A stretch of 64,000 nt of DNA, taken from a virus (lineage: Duplodnaviria > Heunggongvirae > Uroviricota > Caudoviricetes). Position 1 is the first letter of the stretch. The number at the start of each line of letters is the position of its first letter. The position numbers were made by a program, and so were the translations under genes. The notes under the pieces were generated by a model that saw nothing but the letters and a program-made list of their open reading frames with translations, made no database searches and had not been told where the DNA came from. The stretch is taken from IMG/VR virus record IMGVR_UViG_3300042256_000013, positions 64,001 through 128,000 of that record; one strand, written 5' to 3'. Positions 1 to 8,863 of this stretch are shown in pieces.

Positions 1-368
1 GGTGCTAATTGTGGTGTATCAGATTCATCTTCCACAACAGGTTCTGGTTCTTCAGGTTTAACAGCAGGAGTGTTTTCAGTACTAACAGAATTGTTAGTCT
101 CATGAACTTCCTTTTGTTCAACAACTGGAGATTGCGGTACTGACGCAGGTGATTCAGTACTTTTCGTTGGAGAAGCATCTGATTGTTTCTCAGTACCGGA
201 TGTGGTAGGAGTATTAACTGCTGGAGCTTTTGGTTGCTCTTGAGTTTTCGCCGGCTTATCTGCTGATGCCGATGCTACTTCAGTATCTGATGGGAATGGT
301 TCACACCCAGCTAATAATGCGGAAGTCATCACTACTACCATTGACATAACAATTACTAAACGTTTCAT
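1..368 (-). CDS. Putative lipoprotein, low-complexity Pro/Ser/Thr/Glu-rich (3' end outside window)
   Basis: ATG at 368; MKRLVIVMSMVVVMTSALLAG|C signal with lipobox; frame open to window edge. Confidence 0.75.
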   Translation of the reverse strand, partial: MKRLVIVMSMVVVMTSALLAGCEPFPSDTEVASASADKPAKTQEQPKAPAVNTPTTSGTEKQSDASPTKSTESPASVPQSPVVEQKEVHETNNSVSTENTPAVKPEEPEPVVEDESDTPQLA

Positions 369-370
369 TT

Positions 371-577
371 CTATTCCTTGTTGGAAGATTCAAGACGTTG
401 TATGCGAGCGTACAGAAATGTAATTATTTCCATAGCACAAAACCCACCACGTTGGTGAAGTTGTTCAAATGATTGACTTGTACCATATTTGGCAGCATAT
501 TCTTCATATGCCATACGAGCAATATCTTCATCAACTGTACTTGCAGAAGGTTTCATCATAGGTACTTTATTGTTCAT
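371..577 (-). CDS. Hypothetical protein
   Basis: 68 aa ORF in co-oriented run; TAG stop. Confidence 0.7.
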   Translation of the reverse strand: MNNKVPMMKPSASTVDEDIARMAYEEYAAKYGTSQSFEQLHQRGGFCAMEIITFLYARIQRLESSNKE

Positions 578-588
578 GATATACCCTA

Positions 589-789
589 TTAATGTTTGTA
601 ATCACCTGGTACTTCTACCATTTCTCCAAGGTACTTAGCCATGATATAGTAATCAGGAGTTTCTTCAGGTAAGTCTTTGTTGCATTCATGGATGGCAGCG
701 TTCGCTTCTTCTAGAGTTTCAAATCCTCTATGCCAGATTTCCCCACCCCATCCACGTTCGGATTCTACATATTGTACTACGTGCTTCAT
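589..789 (-). CDS. Hypothetical protein
   Basis: 66 aa ORF in co-oriented run. Confidence 0.7.
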   Translation of the reverse strand: MKHVVQYVESERGWGGEIWHRGFETLEEANAAIHECNKDLPEETPDYYIMAKYLGEMVEVPGDYKH

Positions 790-1043
790 AATATCCTTAG
801 ATGTGTAACATCTACAATGCTATCATCTTCTTCAAAAGTTAAACCCCATTTATGGGTATTTGGATTACGAGAAACACCTTTTGCGGTATTCACCTTTGAA
901 GTACTTTTGAAAGGTTTTCCAGAACGTTTAACAACGTCGAAACCAACCATCGAATGTGCGATTATATAATTCTCATAATCGTTTTCGATATGGTGTTTAC
1001 GCATTTTAGCCATTTCTTCAGTACTTGGAGGGATATACAACAT
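786..1043 (-). CDS. Hypothetical protein
   Basis: 85 aa ORF, ATGA overlap. Confidence 0.7.
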   Translation of the reverse strand: MLYIPPSTEEMAKMRKHHIENDYENYIIAHSMVGFDVVKRSGKPFKSTSKVNTAKGVSRNPNTHKWGLTFEEDDSIVDVTHLRIL

Positions 1044-1054
1044 GATATTCTCTC

Positions 1055-1339
1055 TTAATTTTTAAAAGTTTGAACAATATTGGCCATTTGATAATCTGAA
1101 ACTTCTTCACCAGCATCAATAACAATACAATCTGTTTCATTGCCAGTTAAAGTATTCAGAGATGTCCATCCACAATATAATGTGGAACGTGGATTAAATG
1201 GATGTTCTACAGTATCAGGAGTTATAATACCACCTGCACCATATCCTTTTGTAATACTTTTTGATACTTCATTTAAAATGTCTTGCAAATTTACTTCACT
1301 GAACATTTTATTATACATATAGATATATACTGTTTTCAT
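1055..1339 (-). CDS. Hypothetical protein
   Basis: 94 aa ORF. Confidence 0.7.
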   Translation of the reverse strand: MKTVYIYMYNKMFSEVNLQDILNEVSKSITKGYGAGGIITPDTVEHPFNPRSTLYCGWTSLNTLTGNETDCIVIDAGEEVSDYQMANIVQTFKN

Positions 1340-1364
1340 TTTGAAGTACCGTTTTATTTAAAAA

Positions 1365-1427
1365 TTAACTCTACACAGAAGATGGGTCTGATTGCCTCGG
1401 ATGCTTTCGCAGTTGCCGTAGTGTTAA
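1365..1427 (-). ncRNA. Possible divergent CAGCA-module hairpin RNA
   Basis: TTAACACTAC-GGCAA...GTAGAGTTAA closing stem directly 3' of tRNA-Tyr. Confidence 0.35.
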
Positions 1428-1428
1428 T

Positions 1429-1516
1429 TGGTGGTACGGGTAGGATTCGAACCTACGTAGCCCTTTCGGACGCCTGATTTACAGTCAGGTGGTTTTAGCC
1501 ACTCACCCACCATACC
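1429..1516 (-). tRNA. tRNA-Tyr(GTA)
   Basis: Cloverleaf, CCTGA-CTGTAAA-TCAGG, long variable arm, encoded CCA. Confidence 0.95.
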
Positions 1517-1525
1517 AGTTTTATG

Positions 1526-1554
1526 ATAGTACCGCATCGTTGCGGCACTGTCAA
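1526..1554 (-). promoter_or_regulatory. sigma70-type promoter
   Basis: TTGACA-N17-TACTAT upstream of tRNA-Tyr. Confidence 0.8.
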
Positions 1555-1559
1555 TGCTT

Positions 1560-1766
1560 TTATTTGATGAATTCAGTATGTGTTACTACATAGCAGTATT
1601 CATCATCGTAGTATGTACTTCCGAATGCACCCTTCAGTATTTGAATGCGATTCTTAGTACAAAAATCTTCAAATACAGAGATACTTTCGAATGCTTTGAA
1701 TACTACTTTAGAAGTACAATCATCTGTACGATGGTAGTACTCAACTACCACTATTCCCGTCGCCAT
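1560..1766 (-). CDS. Hypothetical protein
   Basis: ORF track 1560..1808; likely start MATGIVV. Confidence 0.65.
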   Translation of the reverse strand: MATGIVVVEYYHRTDDCTSKVVFKAFESISVFEDFCTKNRIQILKGAFGSTYYDDEYCYVVTHTEFIK

Positions 1767-1929
1767 CTTTTCTCTCCGCTTCAGATTTACGAATGTGATC
1801 AATAGCATCTTTCAAGCGATTATACGTGGCTGGATTGCTTGTGTCAAGGCTGTTATTAGCTGCATTTTCACCCATGCAAGCGTGAATTCCAACACAACCA
1901 CAAAGTGGACACTTGCCGAACTTTACCAT
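1741..1929 (-). CDS. Hypothetical protein with CxxC/CxxxxxC motif
   Basis: 62 aa, CPLCGCVGIHAC. Confidence 0.6.
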   Translation of the reverse strand: MVKFGKCPLCGCVGIHACMGENAANNSLDTSNPATYNRLKDAIDHIRKSEAERKDGDGNSGS

Positions 1930-2171
1930 ATACGTTTACCACAAATGAATACGGCACTTATGATAGTCATAGCAATAGCAGTTACCCACGAAGCAAATTT
2001 CAGTACTCCAACTACAAAGATACCAAAAGTCATCAATGTTGGGCCGAGTGTACATGCTTGCCAAACTGCAACTACTACTGCACCAATGCATAGAACACCA
2101 AAGAATATTTGCAGTGCTGTTACAATAAATGCAACAATTGTCATGAATACAATACCAAATGTATTTTTCAT
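1923..2171 (-). CDS. Membrane protein
   Basis: 82 aa, almost wholly hydrophobic. Confidence 0.7.
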   Translation of the reverse strand: MKNTFGIVFMTIVAFIVTALQIFFGVLCIGAVVVAVWQACTLGPTLMTFGIFVVGVLKFASWVTAIAMTIISAVFICGKRIW

Positions 2172-2174
2172 TTA

Positions 2175-2483
2175 TTACCTTATTTTAGTCTTTTGGTATC
2201 CTTCAATACTTTCAAGCTTGTTAATTTCATTAACAGCATGTTTGAAATTCAAGAAGACCCTTGATTTATTTTCACTGTACATCACTTCACCATTTTTAGT
2301 GATGCAATATCCCCAACCCCCGCCGCCATATTCGCGAGATACACCATATGGGCTTTTAGGTAAATCAGTTTCTACCATATCGCGATATAAACGTGCAGCA
2401 GTTATTTTATTCATCACATAAACTACGCCAATGGTAATAAATGCAATGAGAGAACATAAAAGTAGTACTGAAGTATCAGTCAT
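2175..2483 (-). CDS. Membrane-anchored protein, paralog 1
   Basis: N-terminal TM helix and LPKSPY motif shared with next two ORFs. Confidence 0.75.
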   Translation of the reverse strand: MTDTSVLLLCSLIAFITIGVVYVMNKITAARLYRDMVETDLPKSPYGVSREYGGGGWGYCITKNGEVMYSENKSRVFLNFKHAVNEINKLESIEGYQKTKIR

Positions 2484-2487
2484 TATA

Positions 2488-2817
2488 TTACTCCAATGTA
2501 GTTACACGAACACGATAAAGTTTTTCGTACCTGTTCATTTTTGTTAGAGCATCTTCAAATTCAAGATAAACTGTAAATTGATTATTTGAACCAGCCAAAT
2601 ACATATACTTACCATTACACAATATTGTATATCCAGGTTTTCCAGATTGTGTTTTAGCTGGATAAATTGTATATGGGCTTTCAGGCAAATCCGAATCAAT
2701 ACCCTCATGTACTCTTACTGTACGTATATAAATGTTTGCAGCGATGTTCTTTACATTCAGATACATAATACACGCCGCCCCAAATACAACTAAAGCAATT
2801 ATTACTAATGTATTCAT
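2488..2817 (-). CDS. Membrane-anchored protein, paralog 2
   Basis: N-terminal TM, LPESPY. Confidence 0.75.
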   Translation of the reverse strand: MNTLVIIALVVFGAACIMYLNVKNIAANIYIRTVRVHEGIDSDLPESPYTIYPAKTQSGKPGYTILCNGKYMYLAGSNNQFTVYLEFEDALTKMNRYEKLYRVRVTTLE

Positions 2818-2818
2818 A

Positions 2819-3142
2819 TCACACCAACTTTGTTTGTATGAAACCTGCAAGTAGTTCTAATTCATTCATTGAATCTTGAGCCTCTTTAGCGGTTTCGAAC
2901 CTGCGATTAACATGTTGAGTACTACCACGATAAATGTAATAAAAGTCTTTACAATTTGTTTGATTGTAAAGACGTACAATACGATAAGGTGAAGGTTTTA
3001 ATTCACCCGGTTTTAATGGTGGTGGAGTTTCAACAACCCTTATATACAACGAGTTAGCTATCTTAAGATAGCCGAAGTACACAAATACAGCAGCAATTAA
3101 TAACATTCCTGCTACAATAAGCAAAACTATATTAGTAGTCAT
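2819..3142 (-). CDS. Membrane-anchored protein, paralog 3
   Basis: N-terminal TM, LKPSPY. Confidence 0.75.
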   Translation of the reverse strand: MTTNIVLLIVAGMLLIAAVFVYFGYLKIANSLYIRVVETPPPLKPGELKPSPYRIVRLYNQTNCKDFYYIYRGSTQHVNRRFETAKEAQDSMNELELLAGFIQTKLV

Positions 3143-3270
3143 TTATGCTTTCCCATTCAGTACTGAACAGTACCATTGAAGTAAATCAAGGTACGCTTGT
3201 TGTTCATCGGTTCTTTCTTTGATAGAACGCATCGTTCGCATATCATCAATAATCCATTGTTCAGGTTTCA

Positions 3271-3432
3271 TTATTCACCTCGAATAGCTTTACGAATCCA
3301 AGCATACTCACAATTAGTTAATTTTTGAGCAAGCTCTCTTGTTTCATGTAAATCGAGCTTAATTTCTTCGCCATTAATAATAAGGATTGAACATCCTTCG
3401 TCATCTTCTTTTACTTCAACTTTCATCATCAT
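3271..3432 (-). CDS. Hypothetical protein
   Basis: Likely start MMMKVEVKE within ORF 3271..3537. Confidence 0.55.
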   Translation of the reverse strand: MMMKVEVKEDDEGCSILIINGEEIKLDLHETRELAQKLTNCEYAWIRKAIRGE

Positions 3433-3895
3433 CCTCGATAGGATTATCCAGATTAACTTCAACACCATCAGTAAGTTCTTTAATGTGATTCCACATTTCA
3501 TTACTGACTGGTACGAGGTTTTCAGGATGTTCATCAATGTCTTTGGATATTATATTCAAAATCTTTTCTTCATAATCACCTAAACACTCTTTAGGAAGTC
3601 TAGGATCAACAACAATTACACGTTTGTAAACATCGTATTTCCGTTCATAATCCCAAATTATAGATGGTGGTTCAACTACAGTACTTAGTACTTGAAGTGA
3701 TTCGTCAATAAGGTTTAATTCTATTGCATCAAGAAGATCTTCATAAGATAAATTCTCAGCATAATAGCGAATACTTTCATCCTCATTAAACAAAAACAAA
3801 CCTCTTCCATATCCTCTAGGGAAACTTCCCGAAGTACCTGTCATTGTTGGAGTATGTGATATTTTTGTTGATATAAATTCTAAATGATATTCCAC
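3416..3895 (-). CDS. Hypothetical protein
   Basis: 159 aa ORF. Confidence 0.75.
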   Translation of the reverse strand: MEYHLEFISTKISHTPTMTGTSGSFPRGYGRGLFLFNEDESIRYYAENLSYEDLLDAIELNLIDESLQVLSTVVEPPSIIWDYERKYDVYKRVIVVDPRLPKECLGDYEEKILNIISKDIDEHPENLVPVSNEMWNHIKELTDGVEVNLDNPIEDDDES

Positions 3896-3917
3896 AATAT
3901 GTACCTTAAAAAATTAG

Positions 3918-3990
3918 TACCCCGTGCTGGATTCGAACCAGCGACACTCCCATTAAAAGTGGGATGCTCTACCAACTGAGCTAACGAGGC
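3918..3990 (-). tRNA. tRNA-Lys(TTT)
   Basis: TCCCA-CTTTTAA-TGGGA; CTA instead of CCA. Confidence 0.95.
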
Positions 3991-3998
3991 ATAGTACT

Positions 3999-4076
3999 TA
4001 ATAGTAGGTGGGATTTGAACCGCACATTCTCCTAATCTTAATATGGAGTCGTTACCAATTAACTCACTACTATTAA
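3999..4076 (-). pseudogene. Degenerate tRNA-like element
   Basis: Acceptor stem AATAGTAG/CTACTATT, D-like AATTGGT, imperfect T arm GGTTCAAATCC, enlarged anticodon loop. Confidence 0.55.
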
Positions 4077-4254
4077 GTCCTGTTTTTTACACTTTAGTGA
4101 TTGCTTTTATAGTACTTTTACCTAACTTCTTTCCACAATCCTTACAGATACGTTGATATTCAAGTTCTGTAATATTAGGTTTATAATGAATTTTACAAAC
4201 TTCCATACTGACATAATGCCCGCAAAATAGCTGCTTGAAAAAGTTCATCATAGA

Positions 4255-4458
4255 TTAAGGCTCAAGTATATCCAACAATTCATCAGGGTAGTCTAAACTA
4301 CATGCTATAAGACCTTCAATGAATTCACCATTTTCAGGATCAACAGCAGTACCTTTGAATAGTTGGAATTCTTCTTCCAGTGAACCACCGGAAATATCTT
4401 GTACTTCATAACCTGCCATTCTAGCAAGTTTTTCAATTTGTTTACGATTTAAAATCAT
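4255..4458 (-). CDS. Hypothetical protein
   Basis: 67 aa ORF with AAGGA RBS. Confidence 0.7.
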   Translation of the reverse strand: MILNRKQIEKLARMAGYEVQDISGGSLEEEFQLFKGTAVDPENGEFIEGLIACSLDYPDELLDILEP

Positions 4459-4500
4459 AACTTTCCTTATTAGGGGAACCTGAGTTCCCCATGTAGACGA

Positions 4501-4968
4501 TTATTTAGCGTCTTTGGATTCCGTAACTGGATCATTCAAATGTTTATGAATAGAATCCGATACGGACATACCTTGATAACAACGCTTGCCTACATACACA
4601 TCATGTGTAACAAAACTGGCTGGCTCACCAGTACTGGTTTCCCATTGCAGCGGAGAAGGAACCAGACGAACACCATTATTAATGATGAAGTCCAGGATCT
4701 GTTCTGCTGTCAGACGCTGAGAAGCAGTTGACATGTCAAAGATTTTCGCTTCGTAGATTTCAGTTTTATCTACGCTTTTACAATAACACTGGAAAGTTAC
4801 TTCACCTTCCGTGTTACGTTCCGTGGTAGTACGTGCTTCCAGGATTGAAGAAACTTGTGCAGTTGCTTCTTTCTTAGAGGCCGAGAGAATCGTAACGGGC
4901 GTGTCTTCCACACGATTCTCAAGAGGCCACAGACTTACTAAGTTGATAGTACTTTTAATCTTGCTCAT
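4501..4968 (-). CDS. Hypothetical protein
   Basis: 155 aa ORF downstream of promoter at 5000. Confidence 0.75.
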   Translation of the reverse strand: MSKIKSTINLVSLWPLENRVEDTPVTILSASKKEATAQVSSILEARTTTERNTEGEVTFQCYCKSVDKTEIYEAKIFDMSTASQRLTAEQILDFIINNGVRLVPSPLQWETSTGEPASFVTHDVYVGKRCYQGMSVSDSIHKHLNDPVTESKDAK

Positions 4969-4999
4969 TTCATGTTTCCTGCATTGTTTAGATTACAAT

Positions 5000-5028
5000 A
5001 ATATAACATAAAGCCGATGCCCTGTCAA
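5000..5028 (-). promoter_or_regulatory. sigma70-type promoter
   Basis: TTGACA-N17-TATATT. Confidence 0.7.
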
Positions 5029-5046
5029 GGACATTTTAAAAGTAAT

Positions 5047-5123
5047 TGGTGTACCCAGCGAGATTCGAACTCGCGACCTTCGGACTTTCAAACCGACGCT
5101 CTAACCAACTGAGCTACAGGTAC
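5047..5123 (-). tRNA. tRNA-Phe(GAA)
   Basis: Cloverleaf, loop TTGAAAG, CCA. Confidence 0.93.
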
Positions 5124-5160
5124 AGAATAGCACATTTTTAAACGTTGTGCAACCGTTTTG

Positions 5161-5235
5161 TGTGGCTGGCGAGACTCGAACTCGCGTCATCTGCGTCACA
5201 GGCAGGAACGTTAACCAACTACGCTCACAGCCACC
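5161..5235 (-). tRNA. tRNA-His(GTG)
   Basis: CTGC-CTGTGAC-GCAG; G at -1; no encoded CCA. Confidence 0.9.
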
Positions 5236-5241
5236 ACTGAC

Positions 5242-5634
5242 TTATTCGATTATTTCAGCATATGGTAAGAATGGATATTCAGTACCGTCATCTAAATGAT
5301 GTGCTTCTTTTTCAGTACTTCCCCAATCGTAAAGGAACATACCATCAACCCACATTGCCCGTTCAACAGAACCGAATACTTTATACCAACGAGCTTGTTT
5401 CATCTCATGCTTAGGTATTACTCTGAAAGTAATATCTTCAGAAAGTGGTTCAAATACATCATGTACACTATCATCTTCTGGATGCATAATAGTCATGTTG
5501 TAAACATCACCGTACCACTCAGTTTTTTCGAAATGGAATTTGTATCCATCCCATACAGCTTCTGTAGTACTTCTAGATTTTCCGATGTACTTTACACCAG
5601 GAACTAACTGACTTTTAGGAATCATATTATTCAC
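5242..5634 (-). CDS. Hypothetical protein
   Basis: 130 aa, two related internal halves (A.WDG..F / AMWVDGMF). Confidence 0.75.
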   Translation of the reverse strand: MNNMIPKSQLVPGVKYIGKSRSTTEAVWDGYKFHFEKTEWYGDVYNMTIMHPEDDSVHDVFEPLSEDITFRVIPKHEMKQARWYKVFGSVERAMWVDGMFLYDWGSTEKEAHHLDDGTEYPFLPYAEIIE

Positions 5635-6034
5635 CCTTGTAGAACAGTCGCCATGTATCTTTATGCTGTTCTAACTTATCAAGTACTATCATTACTGAAT
5701 TATAAGTTTCTTCTGATATTTCATCTTTGCCTAAAACAGTACAACCAGACTTTGAATACATTTTATTTCTATATAAAATTTTTTTATTGTGCCAGCCAGC
5801 AACATCATTTAGACGTATACCTAATCTAGAAGAATAATATGGTGTATTTTCTATTTTCATTATATCTAGTTGAACTATACTACCAGAATACCATACCGTA
5901 TATGTTAGATCATCAATGTTTTTACTAAATGTACACCCAGCACCATATTCACTATAGTTCCATGTGGATAAATCAAGTTCATCATCGATCATTCTTTTCA
6001 GATAGTCTAATTCAATATTAGTTAATACATTCAT
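5627..6034 (-). CDS. Hypothetical protein
   Basis: 135 aa ORF. Confidence 0.7.
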   Translation of the reverse strand: MNVLTNIELDYLKRMIDDELDLSTWNYSEYGAGCTFSKNIDDLTYTVWYSGSIVQLDIMKIENTPYYSSRLGIRLNDVAGWHNKKILYRNKMYSKSGCTVLGKDEISEETYNSVMIVLDKLEQHKDTWRLFYKGE

Positions 6035-6227
6035 TTTTCTTTACTTTTTCAATTTCAGTTAAAATAGCTTTATCCGTATCTAAATTTTTATGAAAGTCCG
6101 GTGGATAGTTAGATTCTTCCAAACGAGTAAGAATGTTTTCACCAATACGAACTCGACCTGACCAAATCTTTTCTAGCCATTCTAATTGTTCAATTGTTAA
6201 TTCCAAGGACACTTTTTCAGTTTTCAT
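6018..6227 (-). CDS. Hypothetical protein
   Basis: 69 aa ORF. Confidence 0.7.
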   Translation of the reverse strand: MKTEKVSLELTIEQLEWLEKIWSGRVRIGENILTRLEESNYPPDFHKNLDTDKAILTEIEKVKKNECIN

Positions 6228-6251
6228 GATAATTCCTTAATTATTTGTCTG

Positions 6252-6518
6252 TTACTTTACAGTCTCTACGGTTGTGCATACTGTATCGTAACCTTCGCAA
6301 CAACGAACATAACCACGAAACATTTCTTCTGATATGCAATGTTTAACTATTACAATTGTATAAAAGCCATCTAGACCATTATCAATTTCATCTTCATTAA
6401 GAGGTTCTTCACTTTCTTCAACATAATCATAATCTTTATAGTTAGATATTCTTGAATTTTCTACAAATGCTGCACATGCCTCACCTGCTGGATGACCACT
6501 GAGATTTTCAATTCTCAT
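6252..6518 (-). CDS. Hypothetical protein
   Basis: Start MRIENL; upstream part of track ORF overlaps a tRNA. Confidence 0.7.
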   Translation of the reverse strand: MRIENLSGHPAGEACAAFVENSRISNYKDYDYVEESEEPLNEDEIDNGLDGFYTIVIVKHCISEEMFRGYVRCCEGYDTVCTTVETVK

Positions 6519-6546
6519 TATTAATTTTCTCTTAATATGAATTTTG

Positions 6547-6621
6547 TCTGCGTGAGAGGATTCGAACCTCTGACCCGATGCATCCAAAGCACCCACTCTG
6601 ACCAGGCTGAGCTACACACAG
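6547..6621 (-). tRNA. tRNA-Pro(TGG) copy 1
   Basis: GGTGC-TTTGGAT-GCATC. Confidence 0.93.
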
Positions 6622-6632
6622 AATTGTTTTTG

Positions 6633-6706
6633 TCCTTGTTACAAGATTCGAACTTGTGACTTCCACCGTGTAAAGATGGCACTCTAACCAACTGAGTTAA
6701 ACAAGG
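6633..6706 (-). tRNA. tRNA-Val(TAC)
   Basis: CCATC-TTTACAC-GGTGG. Confidence 0.93.
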
Positions 6707-6710
6707 TTTG

Positions 6711-6784
6711 TCCGTGTGGAAGGACTTGAACCTTCGACCCCTCCGCCCCAAACGGAGTACTCTACCAAACTGAGCCACACACGG
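6711..6784 (-). tRNA. tRNA-Pro(TGG) copy 2
   Basis: CTCCG-TTTGGGG-CGGAG. Confidence 0.93.
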
Positions 6785-6801
6785 AATGTGTTACTAAGAA
6801 C

Positions 6802-6830
6802 ATTATACCACATTTTTTAATGCCGTTTCA
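6802..6830 (-). promoter_or_regulatory. Class-II promoter TGRAACG-N16-TATAAT
   Basis: TGAAACG-N16-TATAAT upstream of Pro/Val/Pro cluster. Confidence 0.7.
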
Positions 6831-6835
6831 TGTTC

Positions 6836-7027
6836 TTAGCAGATATTTTTAAAACCGGTAAATTTAGAACCTGCAAACACTTTTGAATTTTTAGGTTTTC
6901 TAACTTTAATTTTCTTTGTTTGTTCTTTACTGAATAATACTTCTCCAGTACTGGAAGTCTTACTAGAGACTTCCCCTAATTTTACTTGACGACCTTTGTT
7001 TTTCCATTGGTCATAACTATGATACAT
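6836..7027 (-). CDS. Basic hypothetical protein
   Basis: Lys-rich, start MYHSYDQW. Confidence 0.6.
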   Translation of the reverse strand: MYHSYDQWKNKGRQVKLGEVSSKTSSTGEVLFSKEQTKKIKVRKPKNSKVFAGSKFTGFKNIC

Positions 7028-7445
7028 TTTCTTCTTCCTCAGTACTGTACATATCATGAAGTTTACGTAAGTACTTGATATATCGATGTTCTAAGAATCC
7101 CAAATCGTATTGGGTACTTAGTTGAAACATCCATTCTGGAGTAACATCATATTTCAATTCAAAGTTATGTTCTGAACCCCAACTAGTTTCTCCTGAACGT
7201 GTCTCTCTAAAATGACGACCAACCCAAACATTCATATGTTCTGGAAGACAAGTAATAATAGTTTTGGAATCATCTTTATCTACAATAATAGTTAATTGGT
7301 CAACCTCATCAACTTCAATAGATAATGTATCACCTTGTAAAAAGATTCCTTTTTGAACGTACAAAAAATTATATATAACATCTCTATCCTGATCACTAAC
7401 TTCGGTATAGCATTTAAATTTTTGTACTAACGTTCTTGCTGCCAT
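7017..7445 (-). CDS. EEW(H/F)FQLST-family protein
   Basis: PEWMFQLST motif shared with 4 other ORFs. Confidence 0.75.
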   Translation of the reverse strand: MAARTLVQKFKCYTEVSDQDRDVIYNFLYVQKGIFLQGDTLSIEVDEVDQLTIIVDKDDSKTIITCLPEHMNVWVGRHFRETRSGETSWGSEHNFELKYDVTPEWMFQLSTQYDLGFLEHRYIKYLRKLHDMYSTEEEENVS

Positions 7446-7477
7446 TTATTGCTCCAAATAAAAAAGGAGAGAACCCT

Positions 7478-7819
7478 TTATGGGAACTCTCCTATAATAA
7501 CTTCATAGATTTGTTTAAGTAGCATGATTTCATCGAATGTTAGATCGTAATAATCATGTACAGTACTTTGCTGAAAGAATGATTCTTCTGAATGTACTTT
7601 ATCTATGTATCGGGGAGTTCCGTTGAAATACACATATTGTGCGTTAAAACAAAACCTTGAACCCGGTAGATAACAGTACTTTCTAAAGTACTCATACGTG
7701 AAATTGAAGGATATTTCTTCAACTGTTCCAGAGGACAGTATTTCATGTAATTTCTTCCATTGTTCATCAGATAGTGCAGGTTCCTTTACAGGATACACTT
7801 TCCAACTTTCATCATGCAT
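7478..7819 (-). CDS. Hypothetical protein
   Basis: 113 aa; EESFFQQST may be a degenerate family motif. Confidence 0.7.
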   Translation of the reverse strand: MHDESWKVYPVKEPALSDEQWKKLHEILSSGTVEEISFNFTYEYFRKYCYLPGSRFCFNAQYVYFNGTPRYIDKVHSEESFFQQSTVHDYYDLTFDEIMLLKQIYEVIIGEFP

Positions 7820-8030
7820 TTTCTTGTTCTTTGGAAATCATCTCAAGATGTTTACGAATCCAACGCATGAAGAACGTGGCTTTGTCTTCATTTTTAAATT
7901 CTGCGTTACCAGTATCAGCTACGGGAACGGGGAACATAAAGCCACATTCAGTAGTATACCATAACTCATTTTCTTTATAATGGCTAAAATAGACTTTTTT
8001 ATCTTTCACCATAGATACTAATGTTTTCAT
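7812..8030 (-). CDS. Hypothetical protein
   Basis: 72 aa ORF. Confidence 0.75.
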   Translation of the reverse strand: MKTLVSMVKDKKVYFSHYKENELWYTTECGFMFPVPVADTGNAEFKNEDKATFFMRWIRKHLEMISKEQENA

Positions 8031-8051
8031 TTCTTAAATCCTTAGATTTTG

Positions 8052-8127
8052 TGTTCATGGCAGGACTCGAACCTGCGACCCTTTGTTTCGTAGACAAATG
8101 CTCTAATTCCAACTGAGCTACACAAAC
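8052..8127 (-). tRNA. tRNA-Arg(ACG)
   Basis: TTTGT-CTACGAA-ACAAA. Confidence 0.93.
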
Positions 8128-8135
8128 AATTATTA

Positions 8136-8245
8136 GTGTTCGATCCCTCACTGTTCTGAGGGATCTCAGCCATCTTTCGATGGGGCTTGACGTTTTACAG
8201 TACTGGACTAACCTTTTTACAGGAAACGGAGTGCGATATTTCTAT
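8136..8245 (-). ncRNA. Candidate structured RNA
   Basis: Non-coding; hairpins CCATC-GAAA-GATGG and GATCCCTCA/TGAGGGATC. Confidence 0.4.
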
Positions 8246-8267
8246 CCAAGTAACCACTCTATTTTAT

Positions 8268-8486
8268 TTATTTAGTCTCAAAGGTATCAGTACTTTTCAG
8301 TACACAACTATGAGTCATCAAACCGAAATCGCCATATTGAGTTGTTACCTTATTACGGCATTCGTTCTCAATTAGATGATTCAGTGCTGTTTGATTATTT
8401 GCTGTCAGTACTACAGTGTCTTCACGAGAAGATTCACCATCGTATGAATACCAAGTATGTTTAAAAATTAATACTGCTTTATGCAT
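8268..8486 (-). CDS. Hypothetical protein
   Basis: Start MHKAVL. Confidence 0.65.
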   Translation of the reverse strand: MHKAVLIFKHTWYSYDGESSREDTVVLTANNQTALNHLIENECRNKVTTQYGDFGLMTHSCVLKSTDTFETK

Positions 8487-8763
8487 TTTTATTTCCACAC
8501 ATTAGACCAACACTTCGTTCTAAGTGTATGTCGTCTTCAATTTGTTCTGGTGTTCTTTGCCACCGTTTTGCTTCTTCAGAATCATATGACAGTGATTTAA
8601 TCATTTCTTCTTCAGTCCAAGTACGACCATGACGACGATGTTTAAAACTGGTAATCATTAAAATCAGTTTTTTAACCATCTGCTCATGCTTTGGATTTTG
8701 ACAGTGTTCTGGCTTAGTAGCCATTACTGCATCAAATATACGTTTCTTAGCTTTCTTGTTCAT
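8479..8763 (-). CDS. Hypothetical protein
   Basis: 94 aa ORF. Confidence 0.75.
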   Translation of the reverse strand: MNKKAKKRIFDAVMATKPEHCQNPKHEQMVKKLILMITSFKHRRHGRTWTEEEMIKSLSYDSEEAKRWQRTPEQIEDDIHLERSVGLMCGNKNA

Positions 8764-8780
8764 AAGTTTCCTTATAAATT

Positions 8781-8855
8781 TAGCGGAACCAGCGGGAATC
8801 GAACCCGCCTCTCATCAGTGACAGTGATGTATACTAACCGATATACGATGGCTCC
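8781..8855 (-). tRNA. tRNA-Asp(GTC)
   Basis: CATCA-CTGTCAC-TGATG; ends G-CTA. Confidence 0.93.
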
Positions 8856-8863
8856 AACAGATA

